Positions 1-9,869 of a stretch of DNA of 64,000 bases are shown here, piece after piece. How positions within the stretch are numbered: the stretch's first letter is position 1; every line of letters begins with the position of its first letter. This DNA comes from an uncultured bacterium (GTDB lineage Bacteria > Patescibacteriota > Gracilibacteria > Absconditabacterales > Absconditicoccaceae). The position numbers were made by a program, and so were the translations under genes. The notes beneath the pieces were generated by a model that ran no database searches, had not been told where the DNA came from, and was given only the letters and a program-made list of their open reading frames with translations. Location of the stretch: assembly GCA_946405785.1 (NCBI GenBank), contig CAMJIH010000002.1, positions 950 through 64,949 of the forward strand, written 5' to 3'.

Positions 1-1040
1 TTGATTGTTCATCTGGAAGTGAAGGTAAAGTGTATGAATGAGTTATTGATTTCAAAATTAATGAAGTAAACTTAGCTAATCTATCAAAGACAAAAACTCA
101 TATTACAATGAATATTGCAACTCCAGATTCAGCATTTGAAAAATCATTTATTCCAAACGATGGAGTAGGATTAGCAAGAGAAGAGTTCGTAATTTCATCT
201 TATATTAAAGTTCATCCATTAGCATTACTTCACTTTGATGAATTAAAAGATGAAAAAGTTAAGAAAGAAATCGAGAAAATGACAGCTGGATATAAAAATA
301 AGGCAGATTTCTTTATTGATAAACTAGCTGAAGGAGTATCAATGATTGCTGCAGCAGTATATCCAAAGAGAGTTATTCTTAGACTTTCAGATTTTAAATC
401 TAATGAATATGCAAATCTTCTAGGAGGTAAAGATTTTGAACCAAAAGAAGATAATCCAATGATTGGATGGAGAGGTGCTTCAAGATATTATTCAGAACAA
501 TATAAAGAAGCTTTTGGACTTGAATGTAAATGAGTACTTAAGGTAAGAGAAGAAATGGGATTAACAAATCTTGATGTTATGATTCCGTTCCCAAGAACTG
601 TTGAAGAAGCTAAAAAAGTTATTGCAACTATGGCTGAATACGGATTAAAACAATGAGATAACGGATTAAAAGTTATGGGTATGTGTGAAATCCCTTCAAA
701 TGTAATTCTTGCTGAGGAATTCCTAGAAGTATTTGACGGATTTAGTATTGGATCTAATGATCTTACTCAATTATTACTTTGAGTAGATAGAGATTCAGAA
801 CTTGTAGCATCTGTATATGATGAAAGAAATCCAGCAGTAAAGAAAATGATTAAACAAGTTATTGATGTTTGTAATAAGAAAGGAAAATATGTTGGTATTT
901 GTGGACAAGCTCCATCAGATTACCTAGATTTCGCAGAATTCCTTGTAGAATGTGGAATCCAATCAATGTCTCTTAATCCAGATACAGTTATTAAAACAAC
1001 ATTAGCAGTAGCTGAATTAGAGAAGAAATTAGGTAAATAA
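1..1040 (+). CDS. ppsA: Phosphoenolpyruvate synthase (pyruvate, water dikinase), C-terminal part; 5' end lies outside the window
   Basis: Frame 3 is continuous through TGA codons at 39-41, 531-533, 654-656 and 780-782. It shows PEP-utilising-enzyme motifs: [51 protein letters not shown][TGA]VDRDS and GICGQAPSD. Ends in TAA at 1038-1040. Confidence 0.88.
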
Positions 1041-1058
1041 TAACAACTAAATTAACGA

Positions 1059-1082
1059 GCAGCTCTAATGAGCTGCTTTTTT
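1059..1082 (+). terminator. Rho-independent terminator after ppsA
   Basis: 7-bp stem gcagctc / gagctgc with loop taat, followed by tttttt. Confidence 0.7.
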
Positions 1083-1112
1083 GTTTTACTAAATAATATT
1101 TTTTTGCTAAAT

Positions 1113-1141
1113 TTGACAAAATAAAAAATTTAATTTATAAT
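1113..1141 (+). promoter_or_regulatory. Consensus sigma70-type promoter
   Basis: TTGACA, 17 nt spacer, TATAAT. It lies 36 nt upstream of the ATG at 1177. Confidence 0.65.
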
Positions 1142-1176
1142 TAATGAAAGAAAATTTTACCATTTAACTTAAAAGA

Positions 1177-2016
1177 ATGGCTTTAGAAACTTGAGAACTT
1201 AAAGGATTAGAAGCATCTTGGGAAAATCTTTCAAAGGAAGAATTAAACAGAGAAATGTCTCGTTATGCAATGGAATGAAACACAGAGAAAGTTCAAGCTT
1301 TGTTAGATTTCATGAAAGTAAAAGATGATCCAGATGCTGCAAGTAAATTTCATGCTAGTTTTAAAGACAAGTATGCTGAATTTCAAAGTAATATAAAAGA
1401 AAAGAATAAGGCTTTAAGAGATTTGAAAAGAGATCTAAAAGGGAAAACAGGTGCAGATAAAGATGCTGTTGAAGCTGAGATCCAAATCAAAGAAAAAGAA
1501 ATAAGTGATGAATGGGAAAGGTTTTTTAAAGCAGATATGAAAGATTATGTAGATAATGTTGGAACAAAAATTGATCTAACAGAAAAAGCTAAAGATGATG
1601 AAATCGATAGATTAAAGTGAGAACTTTCTTGAATAGTATCACATGGACCAAAACTATCTGAATACTTTTCAATTGAGAGAAGAAGATTAGTAACATTAAA
1701 TGATGGTATTATGAAGTTAGAGCAAGATAAGGAAAACTATCCTAAAAATGTTCTTATTTATCTTATGGGGCTATCAAATTCAAAGATTATCTGAATTAGA
1801 GGTGTGAAAAATGGATTAAAAAGGACATGGATGAAGGTTGCATGGAAATGGAATTCTGATGATATTAAGGAGAATCTACAAAATTTTGAAGATTCAATCA
1901 AAATAAAATCAGATGATAGTCTATGGACTATAGGATTAAAAAAGCAACTACAAGAACATCTTCATAATGCAAAACAAGCTTATGTTGATCAACAAAAGAA
2001 GAGCGTATGATTATAA
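1177..2016 (+). CDS. Hypothetical protein, 279 aa, K/E-rich
   Basis: A single frame joins track ORFs 1300-1620 and 1804-2010 when TGA is sense. Ends in TAA at 2014-2016. I recognise no motif. Confidence 0.65.
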
Positions 2017-2039
2017 TTTATTCTCTAAATTAAATTAAG

Positions 2040-2342
2040 ATGTTAAAAACAATTAATGAAGCAAAAAATTATGCTATAGATCGTATTAGTCAAATTGAAG
2101 GTGAAGACTTAATTGAAACTGAAAAATTGTTAGTTCAAACAGAACTTGAAAATCTATTTCTTGAAAAATTATCAAAAGAAATCTCAAATGAAGAAATAGA
2201 GCAATTGCAAGCTGAAAATCAAGAAGATTTAGAGTGAAAACTATTTTATAAAGTTCCTAACTATTCTAGTCTTTTAGAAGATACAACAGCAGAATTTTTG
2301 ACTGATTATCTATCTTCAGATGAAGAAGATGATGAAGAGTAA
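2040..2342 (+). CDS. Hypothetical acidic protein, 100 aa
   Basis: Track ORF 2040-2237 continues through TGA to TAA at 2340-2342. The C-terminus is SSDEEDDEE. Confidence 0.6.
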
Positions 2343-2370
2343 TAAATAAGTTATTCAGAGAATATAAGAA

Positions 2371-2401
2371 GGGAAGCGTTAACAAACTTTCCTTTTTTTT
2401 T
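2371..2401 (+). terminator. Probable rho-independent terminator
   Basis: Stem gggaag / ctttcc (one G-U pair) followed by a run of 9 T. Confidence 0.5.
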
Positions 2402-2447
2402 ATCATAAATTTTAAAACTTTTTGAAAGTGAAAAAAAACCTCAAAAT

Positions 2448-2476
2448 TTGCTAAATTCCCTTTTTTGAATTATAAT
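2448..2476 (+). promoter_or_regulatory. Sigma70-type promoter of the giant coiled-coil gene
   Basis: TTGCTA, 17 nt spacer, TATAAT, preceded by an AAAATT tract. Confidence 0.6.
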
Positions 2477-2513
2477 TAGGTAACGAGGCTTTTTTATTAT
2501 TTTTACGAATACG

Positions 2514-5500
2514 ATGACTACTACACACAATTACAGCATCCTTTCGAATTGAACAATCGAGAACTGAGAAAGATTGGATGAAAAGAAAAAAAAGATTTTA
2601 GATAGTATTAAGATGGATCTATTGGAAACATTAAAAGAGAATAATGTTGTTAATAGAAATATTTTAGCAGATAAATTAAGTAAAAATAGATATGGTAATT
2701 GAGTATCAACAGGTCATGGAGTACCATGAGGAGTGATTGAACTTAATGACTCAGTATCAATAGATCTTAGTAAAAAGAGTATTCAAAATAGATACAAATG
2801 AATTTTCTCTGATTATGATAAAGCTTTATCACTAGAACCTGAAGAAGTAAGAAGAAAAGAATTAGATAGTATAGATACTAGATTTGCTGAAATGTTAATT
2901 TTGGATTCATGAAATTTTATTGAATTCAGAAATGATGAGTCATTTGAAAATGATAAAAATGCTGAAGAAGAATCTCTAATAGCTTACAATGAATTAAATA
3001 AACTAAGAAAATATAAAAGAAAAATTGAACGTATTAGAAAAACTGATAAAAATTGAGATTTCTATATCATAAAATGGACAGATGATCAAATAAAAATAAT
3101 AAAAGAGCGTTTTGAAGAAGAATTAAAAAAAGAAGAAAAGCCTGAAAATAAAGAAGAAACTCCTGAAAACGAAGGAGAAACTCCAGATACAGAAAAAGAA
3201 GATAAAAAGGAAGATGAGAATGTAGATGAATTAAGAAGAGAAAAAGAAGAATTAGAAGAAAAGGTAAGAAAAAGTGAAAAAGATAATGAAGAATTAAGAA
3301 ATACAATAAGAGACCTTATTGATAAACTTAATAAAAAAGATGACACAAAAGATGAAGAAGGTGGTGAAAGCCATGATGATGAGGATATTGATGATGATTT
3401 CTTTAATGATCTCGACGATATCGATGATGCAGAGGTTTTGAATGAAAATCCAAATTATATATTGAGATCTTTAATTGTTGAACAAGTTGTAAGAATAAGA
3501 AGAACAAATTGATATCCAGAATGAACAGTAGAAATCAGAGGAGAATCAATTAATATTGAAGAATTTGAATTTTATGAAGAATTAAAACAAGAATATATTG
3601 ATGCAAAATGAGATGCTGAAAAAATTGCTCAACTAGATAAAGAATTTGCCGAGTTAGTTATCTTATTCTCTCCAAAAGATGCAGACTTTAAAGATAGATA
3701 TTATATTAAACTTACAGAAGACGAATTAGAAGATGGATTAGTAGTAACTGATGAACGTTTAGCTAGATATGGAATAAAATATAATGTTACTGATTATTTT
3801 GAGAAAATAGTAGAAAGAGAAGTCATTAGAGAAAGGAAAATTGTAAGAAAAATTGAAACAGTTATTACTGAACTTGAAACATCTATTACGGAATTAACAA
3901 GAATTATTGATATTGAAAAGTTATCAAAAAAAGAAGTAATTCTCGAAGAAATCTTAAAGAAGAAAAGTCTATTAAAGATTTTACTTAGAAGACAAAGAAA
4001 ATTGTTACTTCTTCTTACGGGGAATAAAAATAGTGAAGAAATCCAAAAATTAAGAGATAAAGAGTCAAAACTTCAAAAAGAAAAAGATGCTGTATTAGCA
4101 GAAAAGGAAAAACAAGAAGAATTGAAGAGAAAAATTGCTGAAATTAAAAAGAAAATCGCAGAATTAGAAAAGGATGATGAAAAGAAAAAAATTGCTGAAA
4201 CTATTGAAGAAAAAGAGAAGGTAATTTCAGAACTTGAAGCAGAAATTAAGAAGTTAGAAAAGGAAAAATCTTCTATAGAAACTCAATTAACATTAAAAGA
4301 TGTTGCACTTTCACCAGACAGAGAAGCTGGTTATCGTGAAGATTTACGTAAAATTGATAAGGATATAGCTGGATTTCAAGAAGATATTAAGAAATTAAAG
4401 GAAGACATTAAGGATTTAAAAGAGCAATTAGGAAAAGATGAATCAGAAGAATTGAAAAATTTAAGAGCTCAATTAAAAGATCTAGAGGAAGAGCTTGCAG
4501 GAATGGATCCAGATATTGATGCAAAATTAAAGGAAAAAGATGAGGAATTAGATGGAATAAGAAAACAGATTAAAGAATTAGAACAAGCTTGAGGTGATAA
4601 TGAAATTCAAGCACAACTTATTGCTCTTATTGACGAACAAGACATATTAATTAGGGAATTAGAAACTCTACAGAGACTTATAAATGTTGCAAAAACAGAA
4701 GAAGAAAAAGTTAGAATTAGAGAACAAATTAGAATTATAAATCAAAAGATAACAATTATTTCTAAAAAAATTACTGAATATGAACATGAAATTCAGATTT
4801 ATAAAGAAAGATCTACAACTAGAAGATTTCGTATTTATCAAGCAGAAGAATTTACACCAGTGCCTTCAGATGGACTTAAATTAAATTCTGTAATTTCAGA
4901 CATGTGAACAGATGTTTTTGAAGAAAAGGCTGCCCTAAAAGTTGAAGAACAGTTAAAACAAGAATATAAGAATTTATGAACATGGGATGTATTTGGTAGA
5001 TTGGCATTATTCTTAGGAAGATGAAGAAGGAGAAGAAGAATGATGGACCGTGAAAAAAATGATATTTCAAATACAGCATTCTTAACAGATCCTACATATG
5101 CAGCATTAAATGAACAAAGTCAAAATGCTGCAGATCGTCATGCTCATGAATTGGCAACAGGAATGGTTGCAATTAATAGAATTACAACAGTTCATAATCC
5201 ACAGGTTGATAAAATATGTAAAGATTATTTGAATGGTATCATTACAGATGCACAATTCCAAACTGAATTTAATAGAATTGTTGCTGCTGATGCAAACATT
5301 CAAAATGCATTAAATGGTCAAAATATTACTCACATAGGAAGTAATATCTTGTTAAGATTAAATGAACAAAGAGATTTAGGTGTTTTGTTTGGAAATCTAG
5401 AAAATGAACTATCTCAATATATTGCAGATAGGAATCAAATACATGTGCAAAGTATGCAAAGTATGGTAGAACTCTATATAAGAAATTATCAAAAAACTCC

Positions 5501-7181
5501 GGCATTTATGTCTTTATTTGAGAATGTTGTAAAAGGAGACATTAATGCAAGTAATCGCATGAAAAAATTTCTCAAACAAGAAATGGCCGTTATGAAGATG
5601 CAAATCAAGAATCTTACTATGAGTATAGATATTATTAATAATTGAAAATCTGCATATCAAATCGATAATTCAGATCGTGAAAAAGGATGGAAATTTAAGG
5701 TATGAAAATTCTTAGACAAACATCCATGGGGAACAGCTATAGGAAGTATTGCTCTTGGTGTATGACTATGAGCTGTTACTGCATGAGCTGGTGCTGTTGC
5801 ATGAGCTGCTATTTCAACAGGAGTATTTGGAGCTTATGTGGGAGGAACAAATGCTATTAAGAAATGGACTCATCATACAAAAGAACAAAATACACATGAA
5901 AAGAATATAGTAACTGACTATAGAAACGAACAACAAAAAATACAACAATGGCAAAATGATGCACTAAATGGTTCTTGGTGGAGAAAATATAAAGCAAAGA
6001 GACAACTAGCTTTATATGATCAAACAACACAAGAAAATATTAAATTAACAAATCAAATTGAAGAATATATTACAAATCTATCAGCTAAAATCTGACAATT
6101 AACTCCACAAGAAGAAAACTTTATGAAATGTAACCTTATTGAAGGTTGGGCCCGTCTAAAGTATTATAGAGAAATGTGACATAACTTCCTAGCATCTGAA
6201 AATGTTGATAAAACAGAAAAGGATATGATGAGATTAGAAAAAGCAATTACTCTATGATTACAAAAGATTAATAAAACAACAACAGACATAGAAACAACAA
6301 TGACTGCTACAAATACTCTTGGAACAAATATAACTTATGATGTATTAAAAAATGACTTGAAAGCAAGTTATGATAAATCATTAATCCAATTTAAGAGAGA
6401 AAGAAGAAATTTGGCTCTTAAATATGGAATAGGAACAGCTGCTGTGTCAATCTGAGCATCTTTAGCTGTACAATATGCTCTTTGAAGTTGAGTATTTAGT
6501 CATGAATCACCAGCATTTAGTGCCACAAAAGCTACATCAGATAATTTTGCTTTATGAAAGGCTGAATGATTGACAAATAATATAGCTGTAGATACTCATT
6601 CAGTATTATCTTCAGCTCCAGATGGATCAACAATAAATATGTTCTATTGAGCTGGTACTGATGCAACACCTGTAATACCATGACGTCTTACACCAAGTGA
6701 TCTTGCAACAAAGATTTCAAATGTTAATAGTTATATTAATTCACTTCCAACTAAAACTGTTGGAGATATTTGACCTGGTTTGACAGCAGCTGATAAAGCA
6801 ACATTCTTAACAGAACTTAGCGGATTATCAGGAGGAACATGAACAAATTGAGTTTTGCAAAATATGAGACATGCAGATAGTATCTGGCAATTAGCAGAAT
6901 GATTATCATTCTCATGAAAATCTTGATTAGCTACTGTAACTCTTGCTCAAGATCCATGATTAAATGTTGTATGAACAACAACACATACTTTAGCAGATAG
7001 AGTTGCAAATTGATATATCGAAGTATCAAAAGATGCTGTACTTTGAAAGAAATCATGGTTCTTCTGAGTACCTTTGTTCTTTAATACTTTTAAAGATAGA
7101 AAGGGTACAGATGATACAACAGATCAAAAGTGGAACAATCAAAATGCACAACAACAGCAACAACAACCAAATAATCCGTAA
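2514..7181 (+). CDS. Giant coiled-coil membrane protein, 1555 aa, function unknown
   Basis: One frame links track ORFs 4002-4592, 5040-5645 and 5838-6095 through many TGA codons. There is an in-frame TAA at 2481 upstream, and the first ATG is at 2514. About 800 aa are K/E/L heptad-like, followed by Gly/Ala-rich hydrophobic segments (GVGLGAVTAGAGAVAGAAISTGVFGAYVGG; YGIGTAAVSIGASLAVQYALG). After that comes a Gly/Thr-rich C-terminal region ending QQQQQQPNNP. Ends in TAA at 7179-7181. Confidence 0.75.
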
Positions 7182-7250
7182 TAAATTCCTTGAATAAAAA
7201 AATATGATTAATACCATGAACTAAAACTATTTACTTATTTATAAAATAAA

Positions 7251-7568
7251 ATGGCAGAAAATAAAATTGCAAAACCATTTCAAGAATCTTTCTTAGATGA
7301 GCTTGTTAAACAAGCAGGATTTGAAGAAGATGAATTTGATATGATAAAAGATGATTTAAGACCAATTCTTCAAGAAAGAATAGTTTTACATATTTATAGA
7401 GAATTAAGTGAAGAAGACTGAAATAAAGTTTCAGATTTTCTAGAACATGAAAAATATGAAGAATTAAACGCTTTCTTGAAAGAAAAAATTCCTAATTATG
7501 AAGATTTTATTATGGAAATTTATGCTGAATTTGAGGATGAATATTTAGAGAATTTTGAAGATCTTTAG
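7251..7568 (+). CDS. Small acidic protein, 105 aa; paralog of the next gene
   Basis: ATG at 7251, one internal TGA, TAG at 7566-7568. It aligns along its whole length with the product of 7586-7888 (..AGF/AGY.., ..IPNYEDF/IPDYDNF.., ..EFEDEYL/EFAEEYL..). Confidence 0.65.
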
Positions 7569-7585
7569 TTGATTAAAGAATATTT

Positions 7586-7888
7586 ATGCAACAATTACAA
7601 GATGAAGATTTTATCTATAATTTATTGTTAGAGGCTGGGTATTCTCCAGATAAAGATGATTTTGATGTATTAAAAGAAGAAATAGAGCCTCTTTTGATGG
7701 ACAAAATTATCTCAAGAGTTTTTGAAGAACTGTCAAATGAACAAAGAAAGGAGGTGATGAAACTATTTGATGCTAAGAAAGAAGCAGAAGCTTTGCATAG
7801 AATAGAAAAAATGATTCCTGATTATGACAATTTTTTAGAAGAAGTTTTTCAAGAATTTGCAGAAGAGTACCTAAGAACGGTAAAGTAA
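7586..7888 (+). CDS. Small acidic protein, 100 aa; paralog of the previous gene
   Basis: Intact track ORF; homologous to the 7251-7568 product. Confidence 0.7.
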   Translation: MQQLQDEDFIYNLLLEAGYSPDKDDFDVLKEEIEPLLMDKIISRVFEELSNEQRKEVMKLFDAKKEAEALHRIEKMIPDYDNFLEEVFQEFAEEYLRTVK

Positions 7889-7895
7889 AAAACTA

Positions 7896-7924
7896 TTGAC
7901 TTTAATATAAAAGGTTATTATACA
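7896..7924 (+). promoter_or_regulatory. Sigma70-type promoter
   Basis: TTGACT, 17 nt spacer, TATACA. It lies 26 nt upstream of the ATG at 7950. Confidence 0.5.
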
Positions 7925-7949
7925 ATAGAAAATTTTTAAATAGAATTAA

Positions 7950-8414
7950 ATGATGTCTAAGTTCTGAAATTCTTTGTGAAATACTATAGCAGTTCCTGTG
8001 AGATGAGTAGGGACCGTATTAAATACCTGATGAGATGTTGTAAAAACTTGATGGAATGTTGTTTCTGATATGTGAAAAGTAGTTTCAGATACAGGGAAGA
8101 AAGCACGGGAAACTCTATCAAGTTCTTGGAGTACTTGAAAATGGTATAATAAACTATATCAAGTTCCTGCAGGAATAGCTATCTCATGAGCAACTATTGT
8201 TGAATGAGCTGTAAGAACTGTAGTAGAACCAGCTAGAAATCTGTTCTTAAACGTTCGTGATAGTGTATGAAATTTTTTCAAGAATATCTGAAATACAATA
8301 AAAAGAGCTTTTGATACAACAACTCCAGTCTCAGATTTCTCTTACGAAAAATTAAAGCTTAAGAACCCTACCCGTAAGAATCGAGCATCAAAGTTAGCAT
8401 GGTGGAAAAAATAA
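7950..8414 (+). CDS. Gly-rich hypothetical protein, 154 aa, very dense in TGA codons
   Basis: ATG-ATG start, TAA at 8412-8414. 12 of its 15 glycine codons are TGA, so it is absent from the standard-code track. It has its own promoter and terminator. Confidence 0.6.
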
Positions 8415-8430
8415 TTATATATAGTAAAAA

Positions 8431-8454
8431 GGAGCTTTAGAGAGCTCCTTTTTT
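8431..8454. terminator. Hairpin shared by convergent genes
   Basis: Stem ggagct / agctcc with a T-run on the plus strand and an A-run (T-run on the minus strand) on the other side. It overlaps the last codons of mraY. Confidence 0.55.
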
Positions 8455-9528
8455 CATCATTATATATTCAATTAGTATTAATAGCATTCATGCAGCAGCA
8501 AGTATTCATTGAATTAACCATGCTTCCATAACAATTGTAGTTTCTTTCATTCATTTATACTCAAGAAGATGATGGAATGGTGCAACAGTGAATAATTTTT
8601 TCTTAAATACTTTCTTCCAAAAAATCTGTAGGAAACTTGAGAAGAATTCAACAATAAAGAACCCAAATATGATAAGGAATGGAATTAAAATACCAAACCT
8701 CATATTCATAAGATATATGAGCGAGGATAGCATTCATCACAGGGCAAATGCTCAAGAATCTCACATAAATAGTTTTGCTGGATTAATATTGAAAAATAAA
8801 AATGCGAGTAATGTGGCAACAAGAATTCATACAATACTACTAGCAAGATATGTTCAATTTAAGAAAGTCATTGCTGCAAAACAAGCTAAGATTATAGTCA
8901 TTAATCATCAAGCTAATCCATCCAATCAATCAGTAATATTGATGGCGTTAACAACAGCAACTGTTGCAATAAATGTTAATATAGGGAATAAGATTCAAAC
9001 TTGGATTTTACCTGCTATTGGCCATAAATTGATATAATCAATTCATAATTTTACATAGAACCAATAAGAAATCCATCAAGAAAATAAGAACATACCTACA
9101 AGTTTTGCTTTTGCACTAAGTCATTTAACTTTTCAATAATCTCTAATATTTAAATAGTCATCAACCAATCAAATTAGTCCCATAGAGAAAAATCAGAAAA
9201 GAATGATATAGGTTTCTCTTGAGTTCCAAAGAGAATTACTAATGAATCATAGATGTTGTAGTGCAAATGATCATAGAATCATAATAAGCATAACAATGAG
9301 GAATAATCCTCATCCCATCGTTGGTGTTCATTGTTTATGTGCATGAAGTTTTGTGAATATTTCAGATTTTTCACCAGTTACTGTGTTCTCACGAATGGTT
9401 TTACCAGCTTTTAACTTATGTAGTAACTTAATATAGAATGGATAAAGGATGAATGAAAGACAGAAACTAGCTAATGAACAAAATATTATCTGACTTAATT
9501 TTCATAAGGTTCAAGTTGCTTCAAGCAT
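8437..9528 (-). CDS. mraY: Phospho-N-acetylmuramoyl-pentapeptide transferase
   Basis: Continuous minus-strand frame containing track ORF 8551-8733. Motifs: HKQGTPTMGG, LVDDYLNI, NITDGLDGLAGG, NINPAKLFMGDSGA, APFHHLLEYK[TGA]. Product is 363 aa. Confidence 0.9.
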
Positions 9529-9665
9529 ATCAAATAATAAGAATATAAAGCATATTGTATCCTCGATAGGCTGAGTGTATTTTTATATCGATAAAATTCA
9601 AGTGTGATAAAAAACAATAGTTAATAGCTATGATTATGAAAATTATTATTCGTAAAATTTTACTC

Positions 9666-9693
9666 TTGCAATAGGTAATAAAAAGTCTAATCT
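9666..9693 (+). promoter_or_regulatory. Possible promoter of the thrS leader transcript
   Basis: TTGCAA, 16 nt spacer, TAATCT, about 30 nt upstream of the leader ATG. Confidence 0.4.
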
Positions 9694-9722
9694 AATTCTA
9701 GATTTAATCTTTTTAGGAATAA

Positions 9723-9770
9723 ATGTCTTATTCTACAATTACTACCACTACTACAACCACAACCGAGTAA
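9723..9770 (+). CDS. Thr-rich leader peptide MSYSTITTTTTTTTE
   Basis: AGGA at 9715-9718, ATG at 9723, eight consecutive Thr codons at 9741-9764, TAA at 9768-9770. Confidence 0.7.
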   Translation: MSYSTITTTTTTTTE

Positions 9771-9831
9771 TTCGGCAGGGTTTTCGTGGTATGTAATCCT
9801 TTGAAAACTCTTGCCTGTCAAGGGCTTTTTA
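9771..9831 (+). promoter_or_regulatory. Putative transcription attenuator (alternative antiterminator and terminator) upstream of thrS
   Basis: The terminator is ctcttg (9808-9813) / caaggg (9819-9824) plus cTTTTTaTTT. The competing stem pairs ggcagggttttc (9774-9785) with gaaaactcttgcc (9803-15). Confidence 0.6.
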
Positions 9832-9869
9832 TTTACTGAAAAGATGTTTTATATTCTTTAGTTTATCTT

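Noticed and set aside
3067-3346. Two overlapping minus-strand ORFs rich in Leu, Phe and Ser
   Set aside because: They are antisense artefacts of the K/E-rich (AAA/GAA) coiled-coil region of the giant plus-strand gene.
8588-9037. A 149-aa plus-strand ORF
   Set aside because: It lies entirely antisense to mraY, whose motifs are unambiguous on the minus strand.
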